Shown: piece after piece, positions 48,721 to 61,104 of the stretch | Numbering within the stretch: the first letter of the stretch is position 1 | How the letters are laid out: each line of letters begins with the position of its first letter | Assembly (NCBI GenBank): GCA_025061115.1 | Contig: JANZKC010000002.1 | Location: 224,001 to 288,000 of the forward strand | DNA from: Candidatus Culexmicrobium cathedralense | GTDB taxonomy: Archaea; Thermoproteota; Methanomethylicia; Culexarchaeales; Culexmicrobiaceae | DNA length: 64,000 bases | Direction of reading: 5' to 3' | Translations under genes and position numbers: made by a program | The notes under the pieces: generated by a model | What the model was told of the DNA's origin: nothing | Database searches by the model: none | Seen by the model: the letters and a program-made list of their open reading frames with translations, nothing else

Positions 48721-49909
48721 TTTAAAAACTTACGACTAAAACGACTCAGCAAGGTAAGTAGTAAGAGTGTTGAGGAGCTAATCCCCAAGTTAACCAAGTA
48801 AGGTGGAGGTTATTCTGAATAAAACGATAATTGAATTACCAGGGGTTTATAGATTCTTATGAATCTAATGCAGCCTGCTCAATAACACGAGAAATAGATG
48901 CATTGATTAAAGCTTTCTTCGCAAAACTTATGTTAAAAATTAAAGCGCTAAACCTGCTCATCCTCTTACGGGATTTTCTTTATCTCTATTTTTACTGGTC
49001 TTCTATCAGCTAAGTCTTTTATGCAATTTCGGAGAGTTCTATCGCTGACCTTATACTCCATAAAGTTAGAATGCTCACTTAGGCCACTAAGAGGCTTGTA
49101 AATGACAAATTTAATGCCAATAGAATGCAGCTCTGCAATCCTAGTCTTAATCTTCTCCATCTCATAGAGGAAGTCCAAATGATATACGTCACGCACCAAT
49201 GTAACTCTAATAGGATAGCAGCCAAAAGCACCAGGCCCAGCAATTTCAACAGCATGAAATCTCAGCTCATGAAAGATGCTTTGAGAATCCGAAAATCAGC
49301 TTGAACATTTGCCTTCAATTTAGCATAACCCATAATAGGAGCCCCTACAACAGGAGCTATTGTAGATAATAGAATAACAACTAGGATCATGAAACTAATC
49401 CTCATAACTACGCATCCGCCGAAATATACAGTAATAACTTTTCTTTATATAAATTGTTATAATCTCTAAATTTGAAACATTTTTAAACTTAAAAAATATT
49501 AATAAAAAATATAAAATAGAAGTAACAAGCAGCTACTAGAATGTTTCAAAATATAGAACAAAAATATACAAGCATTTAACAAAACCAAAGCAATAATACA
49601 ATAATAACTATAATGATAATCGAGATTTTAATTTACGCATCGTCATATTTCAATAGGTGCAATGAAGGATATTGGCATTCGCAGCTGGACGTACTTGGAA
49701 AGTAGAGTATTAAGGCATAGTGGAGGCTTGCTGACGTATCTGAACGCGGTAAACTCACTGAAATAGGCTAAGTAACAGACTTTAGTAATAGATAACTTTC
49801 AGGCCAAGATGTGCTGGCTCTCGAAAGCTGATTTTTAGAACCCTACACGCCTCATAGTGTTGAGCATCCACTTTACTAGTCCAATGGTAGGCTTGTTCAA
49901 TACTAATAC

Positions 49910-50434
49910 TTAGGTGGATTTATTCTCGCTTCTTGGTGCCCGTACGTACCTTGGGGTTCTCAATTTATAAGCTAAATATTCCTTCCCAAACACCCGTTCA
50001 AGATAGGGCTCCTCCGCCTTTACAATATAGTAGTGGCAGCAAATGATGGCTATCGCCGCTAGAAAGAGCGCATAACCCGAGCGGCCGAGTAATGATATTC
50101 CCAGTAGTGCGAGGTAAAAATCTAGAAACTGCGGATTCCTACTCCAGCTATATACGCCCGTAGTTATGAGTATTGATACCTCCATTCCAAATACTCTACG
50201 TATTGGGCGAAACTCAATAATTCCATCCAGCGTTAAAGCGCTACCTATTACTAGCAAAACTAAACCGCTTATAAGAGCAGCCGTCCTTTCAATTGGAAGC
50301 AGCCAAACATTGTAAAGTGATGATGAAGCCACGAGAAATGTCCAAGCTGCATCTGTTACCCACCAGCAAATAGAAAGCCATAGCGGCAATGTTCTTACTT
50401 GTTCATAAATCCTTTTGTCTTGAGGAAAACGCAT
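49910..50434 (-). CDS. Isoprenylcysteine carboxyl methyltransferase / PEMT-family membrane protein, probably 5'-frameshifted
   Basis: LITTGVYSWSRNPQ, EEPYLERVFGKEY..Y...TPRY. A hydrophobic segment upstream lies in another frame. Confidence 0.7.
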   Translation of the reverse strand: MRFPQDKRIYEQVRTLPLWLSICWWVTDAAWTFLVASSSLYNVWLLPIERTAALISGLVLLVIGSALTLDGIIEFRPIRRVFGMEVSILITTGVYSWSRNPQFLDFYLALLGISLLGRSGYALFLAAIAIICCHYYIVKAEEPYLERVFGKEYLAYKLRTPRYVRAPRSENKST

Positions 50435-50783
50435 ATTGCGAATGTAGCGAAGACCACAGTAGCTACATAAAGTATAATGGCACCTTACCCCATTCTAAGG
50501 CTATATTTTCTAATCTTTAGTTTATTAAGACTATGGATTGAATTGTTCTCACCGATATTGTCATGATCAACTTTGAAATACAGCTTATTTTCCAGTACTT
50601 ATAGAAGGACCTACAGGCTGATTTACCGCATAATTAGTGACCATCATTAATGCCAACAACACATATGGATATAAACATCGCTAAAACTCAAATTTGCAAC
50701 ATAAAAATAAACTATAACCTATTGAAAAAATGAAAGATTATTCTAAACAGTGAAAAACTTAAATTTTGAAGTGAGCTCAAAAG

Positions 50784-51545
50784 GTGTTACTAAAGAAAAA
50801 TTTAATAATACTTTACGAAGACATAGTCACCATGATGCAGGGTAAAGAGAAGGTAGGTTCGCTCAGAAAGGAAATTGAGAGATTAATTGAAGAGGGAGAT
50901 CTTAAGGGACTACTTTATAAGGCCGGAGAATTGCACGGGCATCTTTGTCCATACCTCGCTTACGGCGTAATGGCAGGCTATATAGCGGTACGCGAGTTAA
51001 AAATACGGAGTACAGGCATGGAGGAAGTAATAGCAATTGTCGAGACAAATAATTGCTTTTGCGACGGCATTCAAATAGTGACTGGATGCACGTTTGGCAA
51101 CAGCGCTCTAATATTTAGGGATTTAGGCAAAACAGCCGTAACTCTAGCGAAGAGGGATGGTTCGGCAATAAGGATTGCCCTTGATCCCGATTTTGTGGAG
51201 TCAGTTAGGGAGAGATATTCTGAAGCATATAAGCTATGGGATAAAATTGTGGTTAAAAGGGAGAAAGCAACAGAAGAGGAACAAAGGAGATTAATGGAAC
51301 TCTTCGCAGAAATTGCCATTAACGAATTAGATCAACCTCCTGAAAAAATATTCAGAATTAAGCGCATGAAAATCAAGGTTCCTGAATACGCTCCAATTTA
51401 CGCATCAGTGAGATGCTCAATCTGCGGAGAGAAAGTCATGGAGACCAAAGCGAGAGTGAAGAATGGTAAACCCGTATGCATTGACTGTGCAAAAGGAGAA
51501 TATTACATTGTAGATGGAAGAGGTGTTTCAATGATTAGAGAATAA
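50784..51545 (+). CDS. FmdE/FwdE-family protein with C-terminal Zn finger
   Basis: HGHLCP, ETNNCFCDGIQIVTGCTFG, CSICGE...CIDC. True start probably at ATG 50832/50835. Confidence 0.88.
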   Translation: MLLKKNLIILYEDIVTMMQGKEKVGSLRKEIERLIEEGDLKGLLYKAGELHGHLCPYLAYGVMAGYIAVRELKIRSTGMEEVIAIVETNNCFCDGIQIVTGCTFGNSALIFRDLGKTAVTLAKRDGSAIRIALDPDFVESVRERYSEAYKLWDKIVVKREKATEEEQRRLMELFAEIAINELDQPPEKIFRIKRMKIKVPEYAPIYASVRCSICGEKVMETKARVKNGKPVCIDCAKGEYYIVDGRGVSMIRE

Positions 51546-51575
51546 GATGAATTCTGCCATGGAGTTGAATCCAAC

Positions 51576-52130
51576 TTGAAAGAACCATACTTTTCATCTA
51601 AAGATCTAGCTCTAATGTCCATCTTCGGGTGCCTATCATCCCTAAGTACTTTAACAACCGCTTTCATACCTGCCCCACTACCAGGACTATATGCATTAAT
51701 ATCGATACCAGTAGGCACAATTCTCGTGTTGACAGCTAGAACGGTTATTGGCAAAATTGGCGCAGCAACCTTAACCCAATTCATTAGCGGACTCATATCA
51801 ACATTCTTGCCTGGAGGCCCGCCGGTAAAGTGGATTATTGTTCCAGCATGGGCTGTAGGAGGAATAGTCATTGATACCTACTTCCAAATACTCAGTTACA
51901 CGAGAAAATCAAGATCATTCTACGCAATCATCGGATCAATCTACATTGTGCCTGGCGATTTCATTATTTACTGGGCTTTCAGCACATTTCTAGGTTGGAC
52001 ATGGCCAATACTCTTCTTCCTCTACGGATTTGTTGCCATACACGCCATCCTAGGAGGATTAACTGGCTTCTTCCTACCTGACATACTTGAAAGAATAAAA
52101 CCAGAGATCAAGAGAATAAGCAATGAATAG
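51576..52130 (+). CDS. Membrane protein, ECF transporter S-component-like
   Basis: FSSKDL N-terminus, GKIGAATL, about 5-6 TM helices. Confidence 0.55.
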   Translation: MKEPYFSSKDLALMSIFGCLSSLSTLTTAFIPAPLPGLYALISIPVGTILVLTARTVIGKIGAATLTQFISGLISTFLPGGPPVKWIIVPAWAVGGIVIDTYFQILSYTRKSRSFYAIIGSIYIVPGDFIIYWAFSTFLGWTWPILFFLYGFVAIHAILGGLTGFFLPDILERIKPEIKRISNE

Positions 52131-52345
52131 AAGCGCTCTCCCCTACACAGGAAGCTTAAAACAATACTGATAACGCTAATCCAACACGTATTATGCAGAG
52201 TTTACGAGTTACTACTCCTATACTCGGAGCAAATTGCACATTATTATGAATTACATAGGAGCTGCCAAAACGCATAGACATGTACAGCTAAATCTTGATG
52301 CAGCATGCAAAGCACTAAATAAGGCTTAATATTAAGATACAAAAT

Positions 52346-52948
52346 ATGGAAGGTGTGGTCCTAAAACTAGCAAGGCAGAGGAAGTCTATTAGGCATTACA
52401 TGGATAGGAACTTCAGCATTTCCAAGATCCTATATGCAATTAAAGCTGCCATGCAGGCACCTTCAGGCGCAAATCAACAGCCATGGTACTTCATAATAAT
52501 AGATGATCCAGAAATTAAGGCTAATATCAGAACGGCATGCGAAAAAGGAGAAAAGAAGTTTTATGAAAATGTTAGGGGAGAATTAAGGGATTGGCTAATG
52601 GAAAGGAAAATGAGCTGGAGAAAACCCTTCCTAACCGAAGCACCATACATCATAGCAGTTTTCTCAGAGCTAGGTAAACCCTACACAGTGCAAAGCACAT
52701 GGTTAGCGATAGGATATCTGCTACTGGCATTAGAAGAAGTTGGTTTAGCTTCCTTGACATACACTCCGCCAAATCCTAAAGAGGTTGCAAAGATATTAGG
52801 GGCATCCAGCAAATTTATACTACAAACACTAATACCTGTAGGATTTCCGCGAACTGATAAGCTGAAGGAACCTAGGAAAAAATTGCATGAAACAACGTTC
52901 TATAATCAATGGGGAACACCTCTTAGCAGTATGGAGAAAAGCGAATAG
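52346..52948 (+). CDS. Nitroreductase-superfamily flavoprotein, iodotyrosine-deiodinase-like
   Basis: RKSIRHY, APSGANQQPW, lid E..EKKFY...W.KPFL.EAP, SLTYTP. Confidence 0.75.
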   Translation: MEGVVLKLARQRKSIRHYMDRNFSISKILYAIKAAMQAPSGANQQPWYFIIIDDPEIKANIRTACEKGEKKFYENVRGELRDWLMERKMSWRKPFLTEAPYIIAVFSELGKPYTVQSTWLAIGYLLLALEEVGLASLTYTPPNPKEVAKILGASSKFILQTLIPVGFPRTDKLKEPRKKLHETTFYNQWGTPLSSMEKSE

Positions 52949-53048
52949 CATTAAACCCATTCACTATTTCCTTTAAATTTTACCTATCCCACTTAATCTT
53001 GAGGATTATAGTGAACTATGAGGAAAGCCAATTAGACCTAATCAATCA

Positions 53049-56000
53049 TTACGATGCCAGATCTTCTAGCAGCCCCTCGATTTCTTGATACTTCTTCTCA
53101 AGTTCTTTTAAAATGCCGTCTGGCGCTCTCCAATATCCCCTTGCATTAGCTTCTAAAAGTCTTCTAACTATCTTTTGTAATGCCCATGGATTTTCCTTTT
53201 TGATTATATTCGATATATCTCTGTTAAGTACAATTTTCTTTGCAACATTGGTCCACATCCAGTTTTCAACATGCCCCACAGTTGCAGCTAGTCCCAGTAG
53301 ATACTCCACCCTATCTGCAATCTTAGTGGCGCCACAATGTCCATGCTCCAACATTCCTTCAATCCACTTGGGATTTAGAAGACGTGTAACTACACCTCTT
53401 TTTATTGCTTCATCAACTCCCTCAACTTTAATTCTCTCCCTAGAGGTATCTGCTACTAGAACCATTGGCTTCACACCCCTAACGTTTTCCACGCTCTTCG
53501 ACAATCCTCCCAGAAACTCATAGTAGTGGTCTAAGTCCGTAATTTCATATTCAATAGTATCCCTAATCTGGGCCACTAAATCAACTTTTGATAAAAGAGT
53601 GTTGAAGACTTCATGGGCCTCGCAGCCTCTAACATCTTCGCCGTATGCATATCGCATGCTTTCTAAGTATGCATTCACAAGCTCTGACTCGCTATTCCAC
53701 ACACCGCTTTCAACTAAATTTGTTAGGGAAGTAGCGTACTCACCTTCAGGCGGGCCGAATATTCTAAGTATGGATTCCTCTCCAAGCTTATCTTTCTCTG
53801 ATAAAACATTCGCCTTAACATAATTCCATGTAGGAGGCTCATCCAGGCTCGCGACGAGTTTAAATGCCTTGTCCAGCAGCTCAACAATATTGTAAAAGGT
53901 ATCCCTAAATATTCCGCATATAGTTACTAGTACATCTATTCGTGGTCTTCTTAACTCTTCCAGGGGGATCACTTCCAAATCGCGAATATAAATCGACTTC
54001 CAAACAGGCTTAACACCTAGCAACCTGAATATGACGGCGATTGTTTCGCCGCCAGTTTTCATTGTTTCAAAGCCCCAGAGCACAACGCTCACAGTCCTAG
54101 GGTATCTTCCATGCTTTTCGTAATACCTTCTAACATACTCTTCTGCTATCCTTGCACCTCTCTCCATAGCTAAATCAGTGGGTATGTTGGTTGGGTCAAG
54201 CTGGTAGATATTGCGCCCTGTTGGAAAAACTTCCGGAGATCTTACGGGATCTCCTCCCGGGCCCGGATCGACATACTCTCCATTAAGCGCTCGGAGAACG
54301 CCCTCAATTTCACTTGAAGCCATCAAATTTTCCTTCACGCACCTAAGGTAGCTTAGAGAGGCGGACAGCTCACCTAAATTGATGCCCTTAATCTTAATTT
54401 TATTCAAAACATCCAGTAAATTCCTGTTCTCCACTACATGTAATTTTACAATCTCCTTAGCTACCCTCTCTATTTCCTCCAAAGCCTCAGAGTACCTTGC
54501 CCCATTATTTGCAATCTTTGAAGGTTTTTCCAGTAGATCATCATACTTTAAGCCCATAGACTCAGCAATAATGCGGTGAAGACTCTTGATCTTCCCTCTA
54601 TCATATCTCGCAATAAAGGTAAGATAATCTGCCAACTCATCATTAGATGGAAGAGCTCCTAGGATGTGAAGCCCCTTAGGAACAAGAGACCACTTATACT
54701 CGTAAATTCTGTCATGGATCTCATCTATGTTCTTTCCAAGCCCATGCTCGCTAGCTAAATCCACTATCTTCTTCAATAGCTCAGACGCTCTTTCCCTATC
54801 GTACTGCAATGCATCATAGTACTGACTTATGAGGCGCTCTAATTCCATAATGAAATCATGTGCACCGCCGACCATTAGAGTGGGACTCCTATGACCTACA
54901 ATAACTGCATAGCTCCTATGCTTTGCAATAGCAGCTTCAGAGGAATTTACAACATGATAAATGTAAATGTTGGGCAAGTAACTTACCAGGACATCTGGAA
55001 AGCAACTGCCCGAAAGACCTGCATCCTTACCCGGCAGGAACTCCAATGTTCCATGAGTCCCAAAATGCACTATTGCATCTGCCCTGAATTCCTTCTCCAA
55101 CCACTTGTAAAACGCTATATATTGATGATGAGGCGGCAAATCCCGCTTATGGTAAATTTTGGAGGGATCTTCATGCACTCCTCTTGAAGGCTGCACACCT
55201 ATAAACACATTACCTACCACTATTCCAGGAATCAATAATGAGTCATGATAGACCATTATATTTCCTGGGGGAGCCCCCCACCTCTCAATCACCCTCCTTT
55301 GCAGTTCCTCGGGAAGCTCTGCAAACCAATCCAAGTACTCATGCAAACTTACTTTGGGCATCTTGACAATGACATCTGCAGTGAGCACCCACTCCCCAGA
55401 ATTCACAGCTCCACTTCTTAAGAGCAGTTCCTTCAATTCTCTTCCATCAGGCACTCTGTCGATCAGATATCCTCTCTCCCTCATTTGAAAAAGAAGACGA
55501 GAAATACTTGCAAATACATCTAGGTAAGCAACTTTCCCCAAGTTTTCCTCTCCAGGCGGATAATCGTATATTATTATGGCAATCCTCTTCTTGCTGCTCG
55601 GCTTAAGCCGAAGATTCACCCAACCCAAAACTCTTCTTGCAAGTTTCCTAATTCTATCATTAATTGCAACGTATTCCTCTAGCCTCACACCCTCCTTTTC
55701 ATAGCGCTTTAAGCCATGAGTAACATGAGGCTCTATTCTGCCATCAAGCTCAGGCAGTATTACCGTAGTTACCATCTCTACTGGAGGAACACCAGCTCTC
55801 GACCTTTCCCACTCCTCCACCGTTATCGATGAAAGATGTATTCCATGAAGGATTGGGACATTCAGCTTTCTTAGAATTTCAAGCGCAACATCATGATTCC
55901 CTCCAACAGGCCCACCAGCAAACCTAAACCACAGCAGGTCAACCATGGCTTGAATGATGGGCTTGCCATTCTTCAAAAAGAACTTTTCGATGGCAAGATA

Positions 56001-56816
56001 ATACCTAAGGTCAGAACAGAATACTGGAACAACTCCAAGCCCAAGTTTTTCAAGCTCATTAGCGAGGGCCTTTGCTGCTGGAAGAGATTGATCATAATGG
56101 TGTCCACCATAAAACAGTATCCCTACAAGCGGTCTACCGCCATGCTCATAAGATTCTAAGTATTCATCCACGGACTTGAAAATCCTTCCAGATTTTAGGT
56201 CCTGCACGCCCATGCTAGGCATTACTTTCGGCTCGGGAATCTCCACTTTAAGCTTCAATTTCCCATATTCCTTAATCAGCAGTAATAGCATGGCAAAGTA
56301 ATTCTCCTCCGACGGATTTTCATGGCATTTAAGCACAAATGCATAGTTTCTAGCATGCCTAAAAATTCCAAGAGGAATTTTAGAGCCCAATTTCTCGAAT
56401 TTCTCCCTCATATCAACTATTTTGCCATAATCAATAGGCTTTTTCCTAAATAACCACCGAAGTACCGGCTTCTCCCGTAAAGCTGTAAATTTAGCTAATG
56501 AAAAGCTCCCCATCCTAGTTAGATTTATGAGATCATGTGAGCCGCCTATGAGCGTAACAACAGTCTTCTCATAATCATCCTTTAGAGCGTCAACGATAAG
56601 CTTACTAACAGTGTCTCCGCCTCGCACGTCGATCAACACAATATCAGCTTTATTCAAAGCGGCAACGAACTCGCCCGCGGAAATTCTACCTCTATCAACA
56701 TCATATGCATTGTAGAAAGTAAATTCAAGAGCATTATTAGTAACTTGATTCACCTTTTCAATTGCACGCAGCAGGGAGGGGCGATACTGGTAACCTATCA
56801 TTAAGACCTTTACCAC
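53049..56816 (-). CDS. cobN: CobN / Mg-chelatase H-family large chelatase subunit
   Basis: [65 protein letters not shown]. Start placed after a GGTGA SD. Confidence 0.88.
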   Translation of the reverse strand: MVKVLMIGYQYRPSLLRAIEKVNQVTNNALEFTFYNAYDVDRGRISAGEFVAALNKADIVLIDVRGGDTVSKLIVDALKDDYEKTVVTLIGGSHDLINLTRMGSFSLAKFTALREKPVLRWLFRKKPIDYGKIVDMREKFEKLGSKIPLGIFRHARNYAFVLKCHENPSEENYFAMLLLLIKEYGKLKLKVEIPEPKVMPSMGVQDLKSGRIFKSVDEYLESYEHGGRPLVGILFYGGHHYDQSLPAAKALANELEKLGLGVVPVFCSDLRYYLAIEKFFLKNGKPIIQAMVDLLWFRFAGGPVGGNHDVALEILRKLNVPILHGIHLSSITVEEWERSRAGVPPVEMVTTVILPELDGRIEPHVTHGLKRYEKEGVRLEEYVAINDRIRKLARRVLGWVNLRLKPSSKKRIAIIIYDYPPGEENLGKVAYLDVFASISRLLFQMRERGYLIDRVPDGRELKELLLRSGAVNSGEWVLTADVIVKMPKVSLHEYLDWFAELPEELQRRVIERWGAPPGNIMVYHDSLLIPGIVVGNVFIGVQPSRGVHEDPSKIYHKRDLPPHHQYIAFYKWLEKEFRADAIVHFGTHGTLEFLPGKDAGLSGSCFPDVLVSYLPNIYIYHVVNSSEAAIAKHRSYAVIVGHRSPTLMVGGAHDFIMELERLISQYYDALQYDRERASELLKKIVDLASEHGLGKNIDEIHDRIYEYKWSLVPKGLHILGALPSNDELADYLTFIARYDRGKIKSLHRIIAESMGLKYDDLLEKPSKIANNGARYSEALEEIERVAKEIVKLHVVENRNLLDVLNKIKIKGINLGELSASLSYLRCVKENLMASSEIEGVLRALNGEYVDPGPGGDPVRSPEVFPTGRNIYQLDPTNIPTDLAMERGARIAEEYVRRYYEKHGRYPRTVSVVLWGFETMKTGGETIAVIFRLLGVKPVWKSIYIRDLEVIPLEELRRPRIDVLVTICGIFRDTFYNIVELLDKAFKLVASLDEPPTWNYVKANVLSEKDKLGEESILRIFGPPEGEYATSLTNLVESGVWNSESELVNAYLESMRYAYGEDVRGCEAHEVFNTLLSKVDLVAQIRDTIEYEITDLDHYYEFLGGLSKSVENVRGVKPMVLVADTSRERIKVEGVDEAIKRGVVTRLLNPKWIEGMLEHGHCGATKIADRVEYLLGLAATVGHVENWMWTNVAKKIVLNRDISNIIKKENPWALQKIVRRLLEANARGYWRAPDGILKELEKKYQEIEGLLEDLAS

Positions 56817-56911
56817 CAAGATCACCGCGCCCTCAGCAAATAAAAATAAGTAACACTTATAAAACAATTTTTGTTACCATACCAATTGCGGATAACTGCA
56901 GGGGATTTGAA

Positions 56912-58909
56912 ATGCCACATCACGTGAAGCGATATACCTTTCCATTCACCGCAATTGTCGGTCAAGAAAAAATGAAAAGAGCACTAATTCTCAACGCCAT
57001 AAATCCTAGAATAGGGGGAGTTTTGATAAAGGGGCAAAAGGGAACAGCAAAATCCACTGCAGTCAGAGCACTCGCAGAGCTTCTACCTGAAATTTACGTA
57101 GTAAAAAATTGTCCATTCAACTGCAATCCCTTCGACCCAACCGAGATGTGCGATATCTGCTATGACAAGTATGAAAAAGGGGAGAAGCTCCCTTCAATTA
57201 AAAGGAAAGTCAAGATAGTTAACCTACCTCTAAATGCAACCGTAGATCGAGTAGTCGGCACCATCGACATAAAAAGAGCAATTAAGGAGGGAATAAAGGC
57301 ACTTGAACCTGGACTCCTAGCAGATGCCAATCGAGGAATCCTATACATAGATGAGGTTAACTTGCTGGACGACTATGTAGCAGATGTCCTCCTAGATGCA
57401 GCTGCAAGCGGAGTAAATCTAGTAGAGCGAGAAGGCATTTCAGTAGCTCACCCAGCTAAATTTATTCTCATAGGAACCATGAACCCGGAAGAGGGAGAAC
57501 TGCGACCACAGCTCCTTGATAGGTTCGGCCTTCAAGTAGAAGTTGAGGAAATAAGAGACCCAAAGCAAAGAGCTGAAATAGTGAGAAGAGTTGAGGAGTT
57601 TGAAAGTGATCCAATAAGCTTCATAAAAAGGTACGAGAATAAGCAGAGTGAGTTAAGAAGAAGGATTGAAAGAGCGCGTGAACTAATAAAGAGCGTAGAG
57701 ATAAGCGATGAACTCCTCCTATCCATCGGAAAAATATGCACGAAACTCAACGTAGCAAGCCATAGAGCCGAAATCACCATAGCAAGAACAGCGAAAACCA
57801 TTGCAGCATTTGATGCCAGAACCAAAGTTCATGAAGATGACATAATTGAAGCACTAGAATACGCGCTTCCACACAGGCTTAGGAAAAAACCATTTGAAAA
57901 ACCGCAGTTGCGGCAAGAGGACCTCAAAAAGCTAGTAGAAGATATCTTCGGAAAGCAAGGAAAGCCCTGCACGAATTCCAATAAAGAAAATGTAAAATTT
58001 TCCAATCAATCCGAAAAATTTCAAAGCAAGGAGAATTACGCTAGATTCGATGTTGGCGAAGTCGACCCCATGAACTTGCCATTAAGCATATTTGAAAGAA
58101 AACCCTTCCGCACGTGGAGATCAGGTAAAAGAGTTAAGTTAAAAGGTAAAGGGAAAAGAGGCATGTACATTAGCTACACAATCCCAAAAAATAGAGCAGC
58201 TGAGGACGTAGCAATAGATGCAACGATAAGAGCAGCAGCCCTCCAAAGTCATAAAAGGCGAAAACCCCATGCGGGCATAGCTATAGTTGTGGAAGATGAA
58301 GATATAAGGGAAAAGGTGAGGCATCAAAAACAACAATCGCTAATCACTATAGTTGTGGATGCAAGCGGCTCAATGGCAGCTCAACGGAGAATGGAGGCAG
58401 CAAAAGGCGCAGTAATGGCTATCCTTAAGGACGCCTACATACACAGAGATAAAGTTTGCTTCATAGCATTCCACGGATTAGATGCAGAAATCTTACTACC
58501 CCCAACTGACAACCTGGAATTAGCAGCTGAACTACTAAAAGAACTACCAACAGGCGGCAGAACTCCACTATCAGCAGGACTTGCAAAAGCCATAAAGATA
58601 ATCGAATTAGAAAAGAGGAGGAATCAATGTAAGCCGGTAGTAATCATAATAACAGACGGAAAAGCCAACGTACCCCTAAATAATCACTCGAACATTAACT
58701 ACGAAATAGCGCTCCTCGCAAGAAAATTAAGGAAACTCGATGCAACAACTATAGTCATAGACACATTGCCTGAACATATGAAAATGTCTGGAATCCCAAG
58801 ATGTATAAATGAAATTGTAAGCAATGCTGCAGCCCAATTAATAAAGTTGCCCGAACCCTCCGAAAAAACGCTTTACAACATCATAATTGAAGCATCCAGG
58901 AATGCTTAG
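56912..58909 (+). CDS. ChlD-type chelatase subunit (AAA+ plus VWA)
   Basis: [53 protein letters not shown] 56912. Confidence 0.9.
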   Translation: MPHHVKRYTFPFTAIVGQEKMKRALILNAINPRIGGVLIKGQKGTAKSTAVRALAELLPEIYVVKNCPFNCNPFDPTEMCDICYDKYEKGEKLPSIKRKVKIVNLPLNATVDRVVGTIDIKRAIKEGIKALEPGLLADANRGILYIDEVNLLDDYVADVLLDAAASGVNLVEREGISVAHPAKFILIGTMNPEEGELRPQLLDRFGLQVEVEEIRDPKQRAEIVRRVEEFESDPISFIKRYENKQSELRRRIERARELIKSVEISDELLLSIGKICTKLNVASHRAEITIARTAKTIAAFDARTKVHEDDIIEALEYALPHRLRKKPFEKPQLRQEDLKKLVEDIFGKQGKPCTNSNKENVKFSNQSEKFQSKENYARFDVGEVDPMNLPLSIFERKPFRTWRSGKRVKLKGKGKRGMYISYTIPKNRAAEDVAIDATIRAAALQSHKRRKPHAGIAIVVEDEDIREKVRHQKQQSLITIVVDASGSMAAQRRMEAAKGAVMAILKDAYIHRDKVCFIAFHGLDAEILLPPTDNLELAAELLKELPTGGRTPLSAGLAKAIKIIELEKRRNQCKPVVIIITDGKANVPLNNHSNINYEIALLARKLRKLDATTIVIDTLPEHMKMSGIPRCINEIVSNAAAQLIKLPEPSEKTLYNIIIEASRNA

Positions 58910-58984
58910 AGGAGAAACCAAAGTCGAGGAAAGTTCTAATAGTTATAAGGTCAACCCAAAATTCAACCCAGCGATAAATAGCTA

Positions 58985-59284
58985 CTAACCATGAGGAACT
59001 ATGTTGAAGACAAGCCCAGATATTAAGCTCACCATCATAGTCACGAAGACAAATAGCGATATAAGAAGTAATTTGTGATCCCTATTCATGAAGGAAACCA
59101 AGGAAATTGCTAAAACCCTCGTATAGGGAGTTGCTATCAGAATACCTACCCCAAAGAAAGCCAGTATAATGGCTAAGCTCTTCAAGTTCAGTAAAGTACT
59201 CAATATCAAACTAGATATTAATAAGATTTCACTTAAGATCATCCCTATAAAAAGCACCCAGTATGCAACTCTATTCACATCCAC
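58985..59284 (-). CDS. DUF1634-family small membrane protein
   Basis: GILIATPYTRV motif, 3 TM helices, downstream of a TauE gene. Confidence 0.7.
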   Translation of the reverse strand: MDVNRVAYWVLFIGMILSEILLISSLILSTLLNLKSLAIILAFFGVGILIATPYTRVLAISLVSFMNRDHKLLLISLFVFVTMMVSLISGLVFNIVPHG

Positions 59285-59297
59285 CGCTCAACCACCC

Positions 59298-60311
59298 CTA
59301 GGGCAACTGAATGCCAAATATCAAGTATAGGCCTTTACGCAGCATTGCATATGCCAGGTAAAACGTTAAAATCGAAAATGTAGCTTTAAGCCATTTGACC
59401 TTTAATTTATTCATAACCCTTGTTCCTACGGTAGCACCTAGAGCAGTTCCAACTGCTATAGGCGCTACCACATCTAGCCTTATAGCTCCATGAATGTAGT
59501 ATACAACTGCGCTCGTTGCAGCGGTAACACCTATCATGAACTTGCTTGTCGCAATTGCAACTTTAACTGGAACATTCATCAAAATATTCATAGCTGAAAC
59601 TTTCAGGAAACCACCACCAATACCCAGCATGCCAGAACCCACTCCAGCTAGGAAAGACGCTAGCCAGCCCAACTTAGACCCACTAACAACATACTCCACA
59701 TTGACGTTCTCCCCCTCATCAAAATAATTCCCAGAAAGGTTCAGTTGCCTAGAAACAAAGTCAGGTTCAATTTGCTTGAAGCCCTGAGCACTCATCTTCC
59801 TCAACTCACCTTTCACAGAGTAAAGCTGCGAAAAGCCCATGTACAAAGCAAATGCAGAGAAGATTATGAAGAGATATTTTCCAGGCATGATTAAGGCTAG
59901 AAGTGCACCAATTAATGCACCTAGAGTAGTCGAGGTTTCAAGAAACATTGCAAGCCTGATATTGGTTATTCTTTGATCCACATAGGCAGATCCTCCTGAA
60001 ATGCTAGTTGCGACAACCGAAACTATACTAATCGCTATTGCCTCATGTATGGGCAAATTAAATACCGTTGAAAGAGTTGGAACAATTATCACTCCACCAC
60101 CAATACCCATAATAGCTCCAATAAAGCCAGCAAAGGTAGCAAAAGCTAGCAGCTCCAAATTCAAAATTGGATTAACAACATACTTCCCTTCATACGCTTC
60201 CCCAAGATAGGCAATTTCATTGTAAAATAAGACAATCAGCAAAATACTTATCAATGCAAAGACGCCAATCAATGCGATCTTCTTGCGCTCCACAGTTTCT
60301 AGTAAATCCAT
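59298..60311 (-). CDS. TauE/SafE (TSUP) family transporter
   Basis: Duplicated G.GGG motifs (GIGGGVIIVP, GIGGGFLKV), ATS, AIATS.FMIGVTA. Confidence 0.9.
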   Translation of the reverse strand: MDLLETVERKKIALIGVFALISILLIVLFYNEIAYLGEAYEGKYVVNPILNLELLAFATFAGFIGAIMGIGGGVIIVPTLSTVFNLPIHEAIAISIVSVVATSISGGSAYVDQRITNIRLAMFLETSTTLGALIGALLALIMPGKYLFIIFSAFALYMGFSQLYSVKGELRKMSAQGFKQIEPDFVSRQLNLSGNYFDEGENVNVEYVVSGSKLGWLASFLAGVGSGMLGIGGGFLKVSAMNILMNVPVKVAIATSKFMIGVTAATSAVVYYIHGAIRLDVVAPIAVGTALGATVGTRVMNKLKVKWLKATFSILTFYLAYAMLRKGLYLIFGIQLP

Positions 60312-60496
60312 TGCAAAGCACCCACAAGTTCAATTTACCTTGCTACATCGCACATGAACCCATCTTCAGCGCCAAAGTCTAAATACATTGATCATCTTTT
60401 AAACCTTGCCTACCATAAAATAACCAACATAACAATATGCCGAAGCAACTTTGAAATTAACGTATTTTCATAATAACTTAACGCATTAAAAGTAAA

Positions 60497-61039
60497 ATGG
60501 AGCGCAATGCCTTGGCGGAAAGAGTAGCTGTTGCAACCGTAGAAGCCTTCAAAGAGGAAAGAGCAGGCATAGAGCTCATGGACTGCATTTTCCCCTATGA
60601 CCCCCAGGTTAGCTTTGAAACCACCAAATACCCTGGAGTTATAATTTTACGCTCACGCTTAAGCCCATTTGAGATTATTAGCATTTTAAGAAAATGCTTC
60701 GTCAGCTTAACTCATAAAGTTGTTCCCATCCAGAAGTGGGCTAAAGCCTCAATTGAAGAAATTGTCGAAGCATGTATCGAGATAGCAAAAATCAGCATCC
60801 CAAAAAATTCAACATTTAAAGTTGAGTGCGGCAAAAGAGGGAGGATTATAAAATCTCGCTCTGCAATTGAGCGAGCGGTTGGCAGGAAAATCATCGAGGA
60901 AATTGGATGCAAAGTTTCTATGGAAAATCCAGAATACATAGTTGCAATAGAAGTCATTGGAAAAATTGCAGGGGTATGCATTGCCCCAAAAAGCATGATA
61001 TGGAGAAGGGAAAATCACTTTCGGTTACCTCTTTACTAA
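60497..61039 (+). CDS. THUMP-domain protein
   Basis: TFKVECGKRG...IERAVG...KVSMENPEYIVAIEVIG. Confidence 0.78.
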   Translation: MERNALAERVAVATVEAFKEERAGIELMDCIFPYDPQVSFETTKYPGVIILRSRLSPFEIISILRKCFVSLTHKVVPIQKWAKASIEEIVEACIEIAKISIPKNSTFKVECGKRGRIIKSRSAIERAVGRKIIEEIGCKVSMENPEYIVAIEVIGKIAGVCIAPKSMIWRRENHFRLPLY

Positions 61040-61104
61040 AAATATGTTTGAATTCAAGAAATGTTTAAATTATTTCATATAATTAGAGTAGAATGGTGAA
61101 ATAA

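Noticed and set aside
57870-58150. Programmed frameshift in chlD producing a ChlI subunit
   Set aside because: The gene is in frame, only short A runs are present, and a separate chlI-type gene exists at 1-568.
61040-61104. Replication origin next to cdc6
   Set aside because: The intergenic gap is only about 65 bp and no ORB-like repeats (TCCA-N-TGGAAA with G-string) are visible.
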